From a virus (lineage: Duplodnaviria > Caudoviricetes), in IMG/VR virus record IMGVR_UViG_3300037518_000299, positions 1 to 39,250 of that record: a stretch of 39,250 bases of DNA. One strand, written 5' to 3'. Both the position numbers and the translations under genes were made by a program. Positions 17,008 through 26,290 of the stretch are shown in pieces. Within the stretch, counting starts at the first letter, position 1; every line of letters starts with the position of its first letter. Under the pieces are notes generated by a model. That model searched no databases, had not been told where the DNA came from, and saw nothing but the letters and a program-made list of their open reading frames with translations.

Positions 17008-18156
17008 TCAACGGCCGGAGATGAACCGTTTCGCCCGAGCGCGCCGCTCCTCGTCGGTTTCGTCGCCGTTCGGCTTTTCGTCGAAATTCGCGCCTAGTAG
17101 CCGTGATCGCGGCGACCGCTTTTGCGGTGAGGCGTCGGCGAACGGGTCGAGCAAAGCCAGCGACCATTTCGCGGCCTTGCCCGCGTTCTCGAGCGATTTG
17201 CGGAAAACCGGCGCGACGCGCCCGGACTCAATCAGTCCGTCGAGCCGGTCGGCGAACGCCTTTTCCGCTTCCGTTTCCCGGGCGGCCGCCAGCGCCGATA
17301 ATTGCCGGCGAAGTTCGGTGTTTTCGGTTTTCAGAGACATGCTCGCCGCGCTCAGTTCCTCGCCGATAGCCTCGGCGACATCTTCGGTTGCGATTGCCGC
17401 CGATTCGTCGGACGCTGCGGACTTCTGGCCCTTGGTCGCCATTTTCACCAGAAATGCCAGCCGATCATTGAAATTGTCGGGGGTGGTGTCGTCGGGAATT
17501 TCGAAATCGGAACCAGCAGCCATCAGCAGCGCGTTAATCGCGTTTCGCAGAAAATCGGCGTCGAATTCTCCGGCGCCCGGCATCCCCGGCTCATCGCCCG
17601 AAACCTCGCCCTCCGCCTGTAATTGCCGACGTTTGCCGGCCGGCTTGCCCGTGATCGACCGGAAAAAGCCCTGATTCGCCATTGATAACACCCTCCGAAA
17701 ATCGCCTTGACCGGTTACCACGCCGTGTTGCACCAGCCCCAGATGGACCAAAAATACCGGGTAGCGGTTGCCTTGCCCGTCCCGGAAATCGTCGGCGACC
17801 TCGACGGAAACCGCCTTGATTGACCGGCCAAGTTTACGGATCGCCTCCGGTTCCGTGATTTCGAATCGGGCCGACAGCGTATCGCCTTCGACCCAAAGCC
17901 GCCGGATCGTGCCGACGTTATCGCGGGCCGAATTCGAGTGATCCCAAACTACCGGTATCGAAAACCCTAGCCGCCGCGCTTGCTCGAACGCCGCGACAAG
18001 GTCGCCCAGCGTGTCGTGGGTGACTTCCCACGTGCCTGACCCAGGCACTTGCCAGCGACCGAGGCGTAAAATGTCCTTTTCGAACACCGCTATTTCTTCG
18101 GTTGATTTCGCCAACCGGCGAGCGCGCCCGTTGATTTCGGCCCGGATAGTCGCCAT
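17008..18156 (-). CDS. Mu gpI-like prohead protease / scaffold
   Basis: IPVVWDH...VGTIRRL, VSVEV and LVHLGLVQHGVV motifs, with a coiled-coil C-terminus containing LIESGRVAP. Confidence 0.8.
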   Translation of the reverse strand: MATIRAEINGRARRLAKSTEEIAVFEKDILRLGRWQVPGSGTWEVTHDTLGDLVAAFEQARRLGFSIPVVWDHSNSARDNVGTIRRLWVEGDTLSARFEITEPEAIRKLGRSIKAVSVEVADDFRDGQGNRYPVFLVHLGLVQHGVVTGQGDFRRVLSMANQGFFRSITGKPAGKRRQLQAEGEVSGDEPGMPGAGEFDADFLRNAINALLMAAGSDFEIPDDTTPDNFNDRLAFLVKMATKGQKSAASDESAAIATEDVAEAIGEELSAASMSLKTENTELRRQLSALAAARETEAEKAFADRLDGLIESGRVAPVFRKSLENAGKAAKWSLALLDPFADASPQKRSPRSRLLGANFDEKPNGDETDEERRARAKRFISGR

Positions 18157-18161
18157 AACCC

Positions 18162-18190
18162 TATCTAACCACGGATTCGGAATATGTCAA
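18162..18190 (-). promoter_or_regulatory. Candidate sigma70-type promoter for head genes (possibly leaderless)
   Basis: TTGACA-N17-TAGATA, with the -10 box 5 nt before ATG 18156. The -10 is imperfect. Confidence 0.4.
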
Positions 18191-18227
18191 AAATAAAATT
18201 GCTGGCGTTTGGAATTAGCGTGATTTC

Positions 18228-18426
18228 TGGGGACCATTGGGGACCACGTCAAACGTTTGGATTTACCGCGATTCCCGCAAATAGTCCCTAATTGTCCCTA
18301 GTTAGGGACACCAGGGTTTTCCACTTGGGGACGTGGTTTTCCACATTGGGGGCGTGAATTTCCGCGAATTGTCCCTAATTGTCCCTAATTGTCCCTAATT
18401 AGGACGCCGCGGTTTTCCACTTGGGG
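18228..18426. repeat. Non-coding array of short direct and inverted repeats
   Basis: GTCCCTA(A/G)TT x2 (18284-18303) and x3 (18371-18400); inverted TGTCCCTA-GT-TAGGGACA (18293-18310); GGTTTTCCAC(A)TTGGGG x3 (18315-18330, 18335-18351, 18411-18426); TGGGGACCA x2 (18228-18246). Confidence 0.92.
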
Positions 18427-18454
18427 AGGCTAAGGGGGAATGGAAGCGATTGTG

Positions 18455-19219
18455 CTACAAGGCGTATTCGTCCGCCAAATAGGCCGCCAAGGCCGCCACT
18501 TGCTCAGCGGTTGCCGCCGATGCCGTTGCCCCTAACTCGGCAAAATCGCCATCCAGAAAGCCGATGTAGGCGCCAATGATCTTGCTGGTAGTGCCGAGAT
18601 CCAATGGCCCGTCGCTTGACGCCGACGGAGCGATCGCCACGCCATTGAGGTAAACGTCCACGTCCAACGCATTAGCGCTGTCCGGCACCACTATGATTAG
18701 AGAATAAAAAGTCGTCGCGTCATTCAAGTCTTCGTCGAAGGTTAACGAGTATGACGAAAAATTCAGTTGCAAAGTCGCCTGATTTAAGATCGCGAACGCC
18801 TGCCCTGCTCCGGCGGCACCTAATGTCAGCACGCCTTCGCCGATACCGCCGGTATCCCCGCGAAATACGCACCAATAGGTTTTGCCGCCGGTACCCGCCA
18901 AGCCCGCCGGGAAACTGGCGATGGCAAGTTGGTCGTTTGAGCCGTCAAACCTAACGGCGCTATGCCCATTCGGCCCGCTTTCCGAGGCCGGCTGGAAACC
19001 GGCGGTTCCCTGGGTGGCATTGTTCGTGTTTCCGGATTCATCGGTCCATGTGCCAGGCGCATAGTTGTCGCCGCGATACCAGATCGACAGCGAATCAAAT
19101 ATTTGATCCGGTGTGGAGACCGCCGCCGCTTCGGGCGCGCCGACGACGTCGCGCAGCACGTTTCGGACGATCGGACGCAACACTGGACGGACAACGCCGT
19201 CCGGTACATTCTCGGCCAT
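18455..19219 (-). CDS. LamG / concanavalin A-like lectin-domain protein
   Basis: LSIWYRGD, WTDESGNTNNATQ, VRFDGSND, YLNGV and LDGDFAE...VAALAAYLADEY pattern. Confidence 0.75.
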   Translation of the reverse strand: MAENVPDGVVRPVLRPIVRNVLRDVVGAPEAAAVSTPDQIFDSLSIWYRGDNYAPGTWTDESGNTNNATQGTAGFQPASESGPNGHSAVRFDGSNDQLAIASFPAGLAGTGGKTYWCVFRGDTGGIGEGVLTLGAAGAGQAFAILNQATLQLNFSSYSLTFDEDLNDATTFYSLIIVVPDSANALDVDVYLNGVAIAPSASSDGPLDLGTTSKIIGAYIGFLDGDFAELGATASAATAEQVAALAAYLADEYAL

Positions 19220-19229
19220 CGGTTCGCCC

Positions 19230-19535
19230 CTATTGCTCGATTACACAGACGACCGTATCGCCATTGTCGGTCGTCATTTCCAGGCGGTATTCCATGCCCT
19301 CGACGGGATTCATTACGTTGACTTCTTGATCCGTAGTGAACGCCCCGCCCTCGACCGTCAGCCAATCGCCAGGCGATGACCCGGCGACCGCGTCGTCAGC
19401 GCGCGTGCGGCGTTGAAGCTCGACGACCGATTCCGCGTCATTGCCCGTCAGCGACAAGCGAAATTCGCCGCGCGCCAGCCGGACCGCTTCCGTTGTCAGC
19501 GCCCCTTCGTCCAGCGTATCAATCAATTGCGTCAC
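19230..19535 (-). CDS. Small beta-rich virion-associated protein, 101 aa
   Basis: VVELQR...DWLTV...YRLEM. GGAGGG upstream. Confidence 0.55.
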   Translation of the reverse strand: MTQLIDTLDEGALTTEAVRLARGEFRLSLTGNDAESVVELQRRTRADDAVAGSSPGDWLTVEGGAFTTDQEVNVMNPVEGMEYRLEMTTDNGDTVVCVIEQ

Positions 19536-19558
19536 TTTTCATGCCCTCCAGAAAAGCT

Positions 19559-20286
19559 TTAGCCGTCGTCGATCCCGCGCGACTCCGCGTCTTCGCGGGT
19601 CAACGGGATTTCGTTGCAACGGCAATTCCAATCGTCAAGCGCCGACGCCGCCCGCGCCGCGGTCGGCGAGTCTTGGTGGTATACCAGCCCGTCAAGTTCG
19701 GCGTGTTCGTCGCGTACGCGGCTATCCTGCGTCGCGAGAAATAGCCGATAGGGGAACAGGTCGCCGGCCGGCCCGGACAAGACCTCCCGTTGACCCTCGA
19801 CGTACGCCCGGTGAGTGTAGGTTCTGTAAACGGTTTCTTCTTGTGATAGGTATACGCCGGACGTTCGCGACAATTCCGATTTCCAGCGATCGACCGACCA
19901 GCCCTCACCGAACGCGCGGCCAACCAGTTTTGTCAGTCGTCGCGAAAACGAATCCGTAGCCTGTTGCGTGACTTGCTTCCCGAGCGCTTCGGCGTCCTTG
20001 AAAAAACGCTGCGTTAACGATTCTGTAATAATATTGTTGTCCAGCAACCATTTCTCGGCCGCTTGGATCGCGGGAAACTCAGACGCCGCGAGCCGGCGGA
20101 ACGCGGCCGGCGCGTCGTCGATCGCGAGCCGGTGCACCGGCTCAGACCGGACATCACCTGGGTTCCCCTCGGGGATCGTTTGCAGTCTCGGTGCGAACGG
20201 CGCGAACCAACCGGCCAGCCGCGAAGCGTACGCGGCCAGTGCGCGCAGCCGCTCTAGCTCGTCTAGCGCGGCGCTAAAGTCGCCCC
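19559..20286 (-). CDS. MuF / SPP1 gp7-like minor head domain, probably continuous with the portal by a +1 shift
   Basis: ETVYRT...AY, ATQDSRVRDEHAELDG and WNCRC motifs. The frame has no ATG codon. Confidence 0.8.
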
Positions 20287-21782
20287 CGGTCGATCGACCC
20301 CTGCGCCGGCGCGGCGTCTTCGATTTCGGCGAAAATTTCGCGCGCCCGGTCGCTGGCGCGCGCCGCGATATGCTCCCAATTATCAAGCCCAGACGGCAAC
20401 GGCGTTAAATCCGGGCCTGACTGCAATCGGCGGCCGGAGATTCGCGACGACAGCGACCCAAGACCCAGCGGCCCAGCGGCCGCTTGTGACGCTTGCCGCC
20501 GGATCGTCTCCAGCTTCGCGGGCAAGTCGTCGCCGACCGGCAAGCCCGCAATTTCCAGCAGTTTTACGATATCCAGGACGCCTTCCGCCACCAGCGGCGG
20601 AACCGGCGCCGTCGTGGTGATCGATTTTACGAGTTCAAGAATCAACGAAACAGCGTCGCCGTCGGGAATGTCCACAGTGATCGTCAACGCGGTCCCGTCG
20701 CCCCCGAAATTCAGGGCTACGGCGCGATCGATAACGTCGCGCTGAAAGCTTTTGGCGATCGGGTTGACCACGCCGGCAACGGTTGACCGCAAGACTTCGA
20801 GGTGCGCGCGGGCCAGCGCGAACGAACCGGTCGATTCGTCTTGCGTAATCGCCCGCTCGGGTATCCCGAGCGACCGCAATACGGCCACGTCGAGCGCCTT
20901 TCGCCGGTTTTCCAGCGCGGTGTTGTCCGGGTTGATCGACGTGGCGTCGTAATCCCATAGGAAATTGCCGGATTCGTCGCGGCTCGCTGGCAGCGTCAGC
21001 GACCCGCCGGACCCGAGTTTAGCGATTTCCCGTTCCATATCCCGCAGGTGGTCCACCGGTTGACCCTGCGCGTCGAGTTCGCCCAGGTCGCCAGTGTTCC
21101 ACACGCCCGTGGAATCGGGATCGGATACCGGCGCGCGCGCCTTGTACTGGCCGAGCGCGAACCGCCGGAGCCAAATTTGCTCTTGCTCGAACAGGTCGCG
21201 GCGTTCGAGCCACACTCGCCACGGCGCGCCCAGGTATCGGCTCGTGCCGCTCGGCGTTTCTGGCGTCGCGCCCAGCGCGGCCCACCAGATCTCCTCGGCC
21301 GGAATCCGCAGGTATCGCCGCTGCTCTCCCGGCGAAATAAAATCGATGTCGATGGCCGCTAGCTCGCCGGCGCCGTCGAACACCGGTTTCGTTCGGCGGT
21401 ACGGCAAGAACGTTAATTCGGAAACCGTAAACAATTGGTTTGCCCGGTCGAAACCGAACGTGATTTCGTGCGCTGCGCGCCCGTAGCCGAAACACGTGAA
21501 CGCCGATTCGATCGACGCCTCCCATGCGGCTGTCAGATTATCCGCCAGCGCGGCCGCCCGGGCGCCGCCCTCGACCTCGATCGACACGTTCGCCGATTGA
21601 ATCAGCGATAGAATCGTAAGCCGGCCAAGATTGAATTGATAGTCTGCTTCGACCTTTTCCACGAACTCGGCTAGCTTGCCGCGTTCTGGTTTGCGCGCCG
21701 ACCCAAGCGCACCCTTAGCCGTATTCTGGGCGGACAAGTTGACCCGAGGCGATCCATTTTTCGACATCGGCACGGCCGGCAT
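20274..21782 (-). CDS. Portal protein (Mu gp29 / DUF935-like)
   Basis: ATG 21782 with AGGAGG RBS. Motifs FGYGRAAHEI, WLRRFALG and TGSFALARAH. Confidence 0.8.
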   Translation of the reverse strand: MPAVPMSKNGSPRVNLSAQNTAKGALGSARKPERGKLAEFVEKVEADYQFNLGRLTILSLIQSANVSIEVEGGARAAALADNLTAAWEASIESAFTCFGYGRAAHEITFGFDRANQLFTVSELTFLPYRRTKPVFDGAGELAAIDIDFISPGEQRRYLRIPAEEIWWAALGATPETPSGTSRYLGAPWRVWLERRDLFEQEQIWLRRFALGQYKARAPVSDPDSTGVWNTGDLGELDAQGQPVDHLRDMEREIAKLGSGGSLTLPASRDESGNFLWDYDATSINPDNTALENRRKALDVAVLRSLGIPERAITQDESTGSFALARAHLEVLRSTVAGVVNPIAKSFQRDVIDRAVALNFGGDGTALTITVDIPDGDAVSLILELVKSITTTAPVPPLVAEGVLDIVKLLEIAGLPVGDDLPAKLETIRRQASQAAAGPLGLGSLSSRISGRRLQSGPDLTPLPSGLDNWEHIAARASDRAREIFAEIEDAAPAQGSIDRGRL

Positions 21783-21832
21783 AGCGGTTCCCTCCTGCCC
21801 CGATCGTACCAACGGATCGGGTTTCCGGCAAC

Positions 21833-22648
21833 TCAAAAATTGAGCAACAGCACTTCCGGCGCGTCCTGGACGTCCCCATTTCCCGCCCGGATGGCCATCC
21901 GCTTTTTCGCCGCGACCGGTACCGTTTCCCATCCCGGATACAAGTCCGACAGCGACGGATCAGCGTAATAGCTAAGCACAACCCGCGTACGCGCGAACCT
22001 TCGCAGCGCTAACGCTAGTTCCCCATGCTGGGCTTCGGTGAGTCCGTGGCGGTACGTCTTCCCCTCTTTGATGTACGGCGGGTCGGCATAAATCAGAGTT
22101 CCGGACTTGTCTTCGATCTTAGGCAATAAATGGAAAGCGTCGCTGTTTAGTATTGTCACATTCCGTAACCGGTAATGCCAATCGGGTATCGATTCGACGG
22201 CGTTCGTAAACCGGACCGCCGAACACCCGCCGCTGGTAGTGTACCGTTTAGAGAATGAGCACGTCGATCGCTTTTGGCCGACTACGCCGTTCCTCCCCAT
22301 CCATGAATTGATGAAAAACCAGTACGCTCGTTCCATGTCCGGAAACGGTTGCGTCTCTACCGCTAAACGGATCGCCGATTCGTCGAAAATTTCCTCGCTG
22401 TACAATGTCCTCGACAGTCGTTCGTAAATCGCCGGCGCGCCGTCGCCCGCAATCACCCTTGCAAGGTTGACGACGTCGCCGTACAGATCGTTTACGGTTT
22501 CGTTAGCCGATGGCTTTTTGGCGAACAGCACCGACAGCGATCCGCAAAACGGTTCCCAGTACGACCGCACGTCGCCGAATAACTCCACGATGTTGCCGGC
22601 GATCGTCCGTTTGGCTCCGAAGTACGGCAGGATGGATTTGATTTTCAT
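21833..22648 (-). CDS. N6-adenine DNA methyltransferase (Dam / D12 class)
   Basis: PYFGAK, YWEPFCGS, ETVND and IYADPPY motifs. Confidence 0.9.
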   Translation of the reverse strand: MKIKSILPYFGAKRTIAGNIVELFGDVRSYWEPFCGSLSVLFAKKPSANETVNDLYGDVVNLARVIAGDGAPAIYERLSRTLYSEEIFDESAIRLAVETQPFPDMERAYWFFINSWMGRNGVVGQKRSTCSFSKRYTTSGGCSAVRFTNAVESIPDWHYRLRNVTILNSDAFHLLPKIEDKSGTLIYADPPYIKEGKTYRHGLTEAQHGELALALRRFARTRVVLSYYADPSLSDLYPGWETVPVAAKKRMAIRAGNGDVQDAPEVLLLNF

Positions 22649-23046
22649 ATCAGCCTCCCTTTCGTTAATCTGACAGTCAATCGCGTAAACGACTCATCTG
22701 CTGTTCGCTTTTCGGCGACAACCCGCGATACCCATCGGTCGTCTTGCCACACGATTCCATTGAGCGAGTCCAAGACAGCCTTTAGGAGATTATCGATATC
22801 GCCAACCGTCGAAACGTTTTTGCATCCGAACTCAGCGACGACCAATAGAGGCGCGCTTATCGGCGGCCGAGTGCCCATCTCGCCGCGAGCCATAAGCCGC
22901 AACGAGTCCTTGTAAGCGTGAATCGGATGCGAGCGGGGCGCCTGGTAGGTGTGGAGTTTGCCGCCTCGCATGTAAACCCGGTGGCGCGGCTGCGGAACCG
23001 GTTGGCCTGCCAGCCGAACAGAGATGATGTTCTTTTTGTCAGTCAT
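22645..23046 (-). CDS. rusA: RusA-like Holliday junction resolvase
   Basis: GQPVPQPR and GDIDNLLKAVLDSLNGIVWQDD motifs. Confidence 0.9.
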   Translation of the reverse strand: MTDKKNIISVRLAGQPVPQPRHRVYMRGGKLHTYQAPRSHPIHAYKDSLRLMARGEMGTRPPISAPLLVVAEFGCKNVSTVGDIDNLLKAVLDSLNGIVWQDDRWVSRVVAEKRTADESFTRLTVRLTKGRLI

Positions 23047-23064
23047 TTCATCCCATCATGGCAA

Positions 23065-24465
23065 CTAGAATTTCCGGCCGATCGGCCCAACCGTGGGTAC
23101 CGACGAACCGGCCGAGGCGTTCACGCCGTAGCTCACCGCGTCCACCTGGTCGTCATGCGCCCCGACCGGAAATGACGTTAGCTCGTCTTCGAGTTCCAGG
23201 ACCCAAGGCGCGCCGTCCCTGAAAAATACCTTTCCGTCGGCGAATCGCAGCGACGCCGCGGACGCCCGATTGATTTTGTCGCCTTTCGGGTACAACGGCT
23301 TCACGTTCCGGAATCGCTTTTTCAGGTATTGCAGGATCGCCCCTTGCGCGCCGATTTTTTCAATCCCAAACCATCGCACGTTCCATTTCTGCGCGAGGCT
23401 CGCGAATTTCTCGACAACGGTCGGCGCCTCGGCTTGGATTCGCAGCACGTCGAGCAATAACAGGTTGCCAGTGGGCGCCTCGCCCCAGACGCACGCTACC
23501 GACCAGTCGGCCTTAGATGCTTCTGACGTCGCCAGGTCGGCGGTCGCGAACAGCGTAAGCTTGTGGGCCGGGACGTCCACGGCGCGCCGGCCAGTATCCA
23601 GATGGAACCCGTCGGCGTCCTCGGTGAAGTACCGGAAATATTGCTGCTGGAAAATCTCCCCTGTCATTCGCCGCGGCCGCTGTTGGAATAGCGCGCCCCA
23701 CAAATACGCCGAATCCATTTCGTGGCGGGCCTTATTCAATTCCGAAACCGGAATACGTTCCGGCCACAGCGCGGCCCCGGGATCGCGGCCGATCTGGTCG
23801 TTTTGCTCAGCGATCGCCGGCAATTTTATGACCTGCCATTCGCCCGACGTGTCGTTCTTGAGAATCCGGCCAGCTAGGTCGTCGTCGTGCCAGCGGGTGA
23901 GGATAAGGATTATGGCCGCGCCCGGCTCTAGCCGGGTTCGCGCGTCGCCGGCATACCAATTCCATTGATTTTTTCGCAGGACCGGTGACGCAGCCTGCGC
24001 CGCGCTCCGGATGGGATCGTCGATAATAAGCAGGTCGGCGCCTCGGCCGACGATCGTTCCGCCGACGCCGGCGGCAAACATGCCGCCTTTCGCGCCTTCG
24101 ATGTCCCATCGGTACGCCGCTTTGCTCTCCTCTGAAATCCGAACCGAACCGAATAAATGGCCGAACTCGGACAGCACTCGACGGCATCGGCGCGAAAACC
24201 CTTGCGCTAGGTCTTTATCGGCCGAGGCAACCATAACCCGCTTGCGAGGGTTGCGGCCGAGGAACCACGCCGGATAATAAATCGAACAGGTCGTGGACTT
24301 GGAATGGCGCGGAGGGCACATCACAATAAGCCGTTTCAACCGTCCGCCCTCGACTTCGCGCAGATGCCAATCAAGAAACCGTAAATGCTGCGCCGGCTGG
24401 TAGTCGTCGTCGGCCAGCATCGCCAGCCCGACCGGCGATTGTGTCGCGAAGAATTCGAGCGTCAA
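23065..24465 (-). CDS. terL: Terminase large subunit
   Basis: Walker A-like PPRHSKST, Walker B LLIIDDP, TRWHDDDLAG, and nuclease motifs ADLA and FPVGAHDDQVDA. Confidence 0.95.
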   Translation of the reverse strand: MTLEFFATQSPVGLAMLADDDYQPAQHLRFLDWHLREVEGGRLKRLIVMCPPRHSKSTTCSIYYPAWFLGRNPRKRVMVASADKDLAQGFSRRCRRVLSEFGHLFGSVRISEESKAAYRWDIEGAKGGMFAAGVGGTIVGRGADLLIIDDPIRSAAQAASPVLRKNQWNWYAGDARTRLEPGAAIILILTRWHDDDLAGRILKNDTSGEWQVIKLPAIAEQNDQIGRDPGAALWPERIPVSELNKARHEMDSAYLWGALFQQRPRRMTGEIFQQQYFRYFTEDADGFHLDTGRRAVDVPAHKLTLFATADLATSEASKADWSVACVWGEAPTGNLLLLDVLRIQAEAPTVVEKFASLAQKWNVRWFGIEKIGAQGAILQYLKKRFRNVKPLYPKGDKINRASAASLRFADGKVFFRDGAPWVLELEDELTSFPVGAHDDQVDAVSYGVNASAGSSVPTVGPIGRKF

Positions 24466-25064
24466 AACGGATGCCCCGCCGAATCCTCTTCGCCGCCGAC
24501 CGCCGCTGTTTCCTGCTCGGCAGCCTGTTTCTTCGCGGCCCGATCAGCGTAGACAGCGTCGAAAAACTCGTACATTTTGTCGGCGGCCGGCTTGCTGATT
24601 TCCATTTTCTCAAAGCTTTTCCCCGCCGCGTCAACCGGAAGGTTACGGCCCCATCGGGAGGGGTAGCGGCGCTCCAGGTAAGCGATTGCAGCGCGCCAAT
24701 CGCTGAACCCGTTACGGATCGCCTGGACGGCGTCGATCTCAGCGTCGGCAATCGCGCGCTCGAACTCTAGCGCGAATTCAGCGTAGTACAAGTCGCGCTC
24801 ATGCCTTCGCCGGGCCCCGGGCGACCGGGAATCGTCAATTATGCTTTCCAGAATCGCGATATCGCCGCCGTAGTTCTGGAGGATTTGGCGGCCTTTGGTG
24901 CGATAAAGATAGATCGCCGACGGGCTTATCCCGATCGCCTGGGCCGCGACGGTCACGTAGTTGCCGGCCCGGAGCAAGTCGAACAGCCGGTCGCGGCGCG
25001 CTGGAGTGATACGCGCCAACGGCCCTTTCCTTCCCCGTGGATCGGCTTGAAAGCGATCGACCAT
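24462..25064 (-). CDS. terS: Terminase small subunit
   Basis: HTH segment AAQAIGISPSAIY and DWRAAIAYLERRYPSRWG. Overlaps the terL start. Confidence 0.8.
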   Translation of the reverse strand: MVDRFQADPRGRKGPLARITPARRDRLFDLLRAGNYVTVAAQAIGISPSAIYLYRTKGRQILQNYGGDIAILESIIDDSRSPGARRRHERDLYYAEFALEFERAIADAEIDAVQAIRNGFSDWRAAIAYLERRYPSRWGRNLPVDAAGKSFEKMEISKPAADKMYEFFDAVYADRAAKKQAAEQETAAVGGEEDSAGHPF

Positions 25065-25073
25065 GTCCCAGGT

Positions 25074-26081
25074 TCACATGTACCATTTGGGTAAACGGAT
25101 TTGGAACCCCTCGTGCCCGCTCATTACCCACGTGTCCTTGCCGCGCCGTACCATGCTGTCGATGACGTCAAGCTCGACGGCGAACACGCCCTCGGGGAGC
25201 GTTACCTCGCGTCCTGATTCCAAAACCAACATAGCCCCTCCGGTCGGCGAGTCGCCATGCGATTGGCGAAGCAGGATGAATTTCCGGCCGCCCTTTGCGA
25301 TGCCGGCGCCGCACGACCCCATACAGTGATGCCAAGTCCCCCGTGGCTCGCAAAATCCGCCGCGCCGAGTCGTCGTGAACCCCTGTGACGAGCAAAACGG
25401 GGTCGGGTACCAATTCAGGTTCGCGCGCCATACCTGTTCGCCGTCGCCCGCCAGCGTGATCGTTCGCACCGGGTGCTCGCGGGCGGTCGGTTCCAACGGG
25501 TCGGGCACGCCTCGTTTGCCCCATTCGCCCTCTCTCGCGGCCGACCGCTTGCGCAGATCGTATTTCTTGCCGTCGATTTCGTAAACGATCCGGTACAGCA
25601 CGCCGCATTTCTGCACCGCCTTCGCGGCCCAGGCGCCGACGGAGCCATCGCCTTTGATCCGGCCGCCGCCGATCTCCACTCGCGAAAAGCCGTACGTCGC
25701 CTCGACCGAAACGAATGGATCGACCCGCGAGAACTCGGCGGGTATTTCCTCACCCTCGCCTCGAATCGCGATATCGTTAACCATCAGGTCTTGGATGTTG
25801 CGGCTGAAGCCATGCCCGACGCATGACCCGCGAGTCGTTTGGTCGTTCGCGCGCATCGTGTGACCAAGCACGCGGGTCTCGCACTCAAAAAATAAGGAGC
25901 CATCCTCGGCGTTCCAAATCTTTTCGTCGGCGTCCATGATTTTCGCGCCGGCCAGGGAGAACACCGGCTGCGGCAACGTTGCGCAAATCGCCTCGACTTG
26001 GGCCGGGTCGTAAACCCAATCCCTCGCCCCGGCATTCAGTTTTCGCACCCACTCCGCGGCCCAGTTTTTCGCTTTAGCCAT
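25074..26081 (-). CDS. Papain-like (C1) cysteine peptidase
   Basis: ATG 26081 (MAKAKNW). Motifs DQTTRGSCVGHG, DGSVGAWAAKAV, WHHCM and RQSHG (NSWG-equivalent). Confidence 0.75.
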   Translation of the reverse strand: MAKAKNWAAEWVRKLNAGARDWVYDPAQVEAICATLPQPVFSLAGAKIMDADEKIWNAEDGSLFFECETRVLGHTMRANDQTTRGSCVGHGFSRNIQDLMVNDIAIRGEGEEIPAEFSRVDPFVSVEATYGFSRVEIGGGRIKGDGSVGAWAAKAVQKCGVLYRIVYEIDGKKYDLRKRSAAREGEWGKRGVPDPLEPTAREHPVRTITLAGDGEQVWRANLNWYPTPFCSSQGFTTTRRGGFCEPRGTWHHCMGSCGAGIAKGGRKFILLRQSHGDSPTGGAMLVLESGREVTLPEGVFAVELDVIDSMVRRGKDTWVMSGHEGFQIRLPKWYM

Positions 26082-26086
26082 TGGTT

Positions 26087-26290
26087 CTAGTCTCCGCAAT
26101 AATCTTCTTGATGTCGGATCGCGTCGCCCAGGCTGAGCCGGTGAACGGCCGGCATGGCAGGGAGCGCCAGTTTTCTGTTGGCGCATTTTGAGCACGACCG
26201 GTTGTAGCGCGACAACGGCCGGAACATTCGCTGGCAGCAATTGCAAGGTCGCGGGTTGATTCGCCCGTTCGCCCGCCTGCGTCCGCTCAT
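26087..26290 (-). CDS. Small CxxC...CxxC zinc-finger protein
   Basis: ATGA overlap at 26287-26290. Contains CNCCQRMFRP...CSKC. Confidence 0.55.
   Translation of the reverse strand: MSGRRRANGRINPRPCNCCQRMFRPLSRYNRSCSKCANRKLALPAMPAVHRLSLGDAIRHQEDYCGD

Noticed and set aside
18228-18426. Possible CRISPR array or protelomerase site
   Set aside because: The repeats are 9-17 bp, mostly tandem and without unique spacers. There is no long perfect palindrome and no cas or protelomerase gene.
14280-21782. Transposable Mu-type phage
   Set aside because: Only head and neck genes are Mu-like. No transposase A/B, Mor/C or Gam was recognised, and replication is initiator/loader type.
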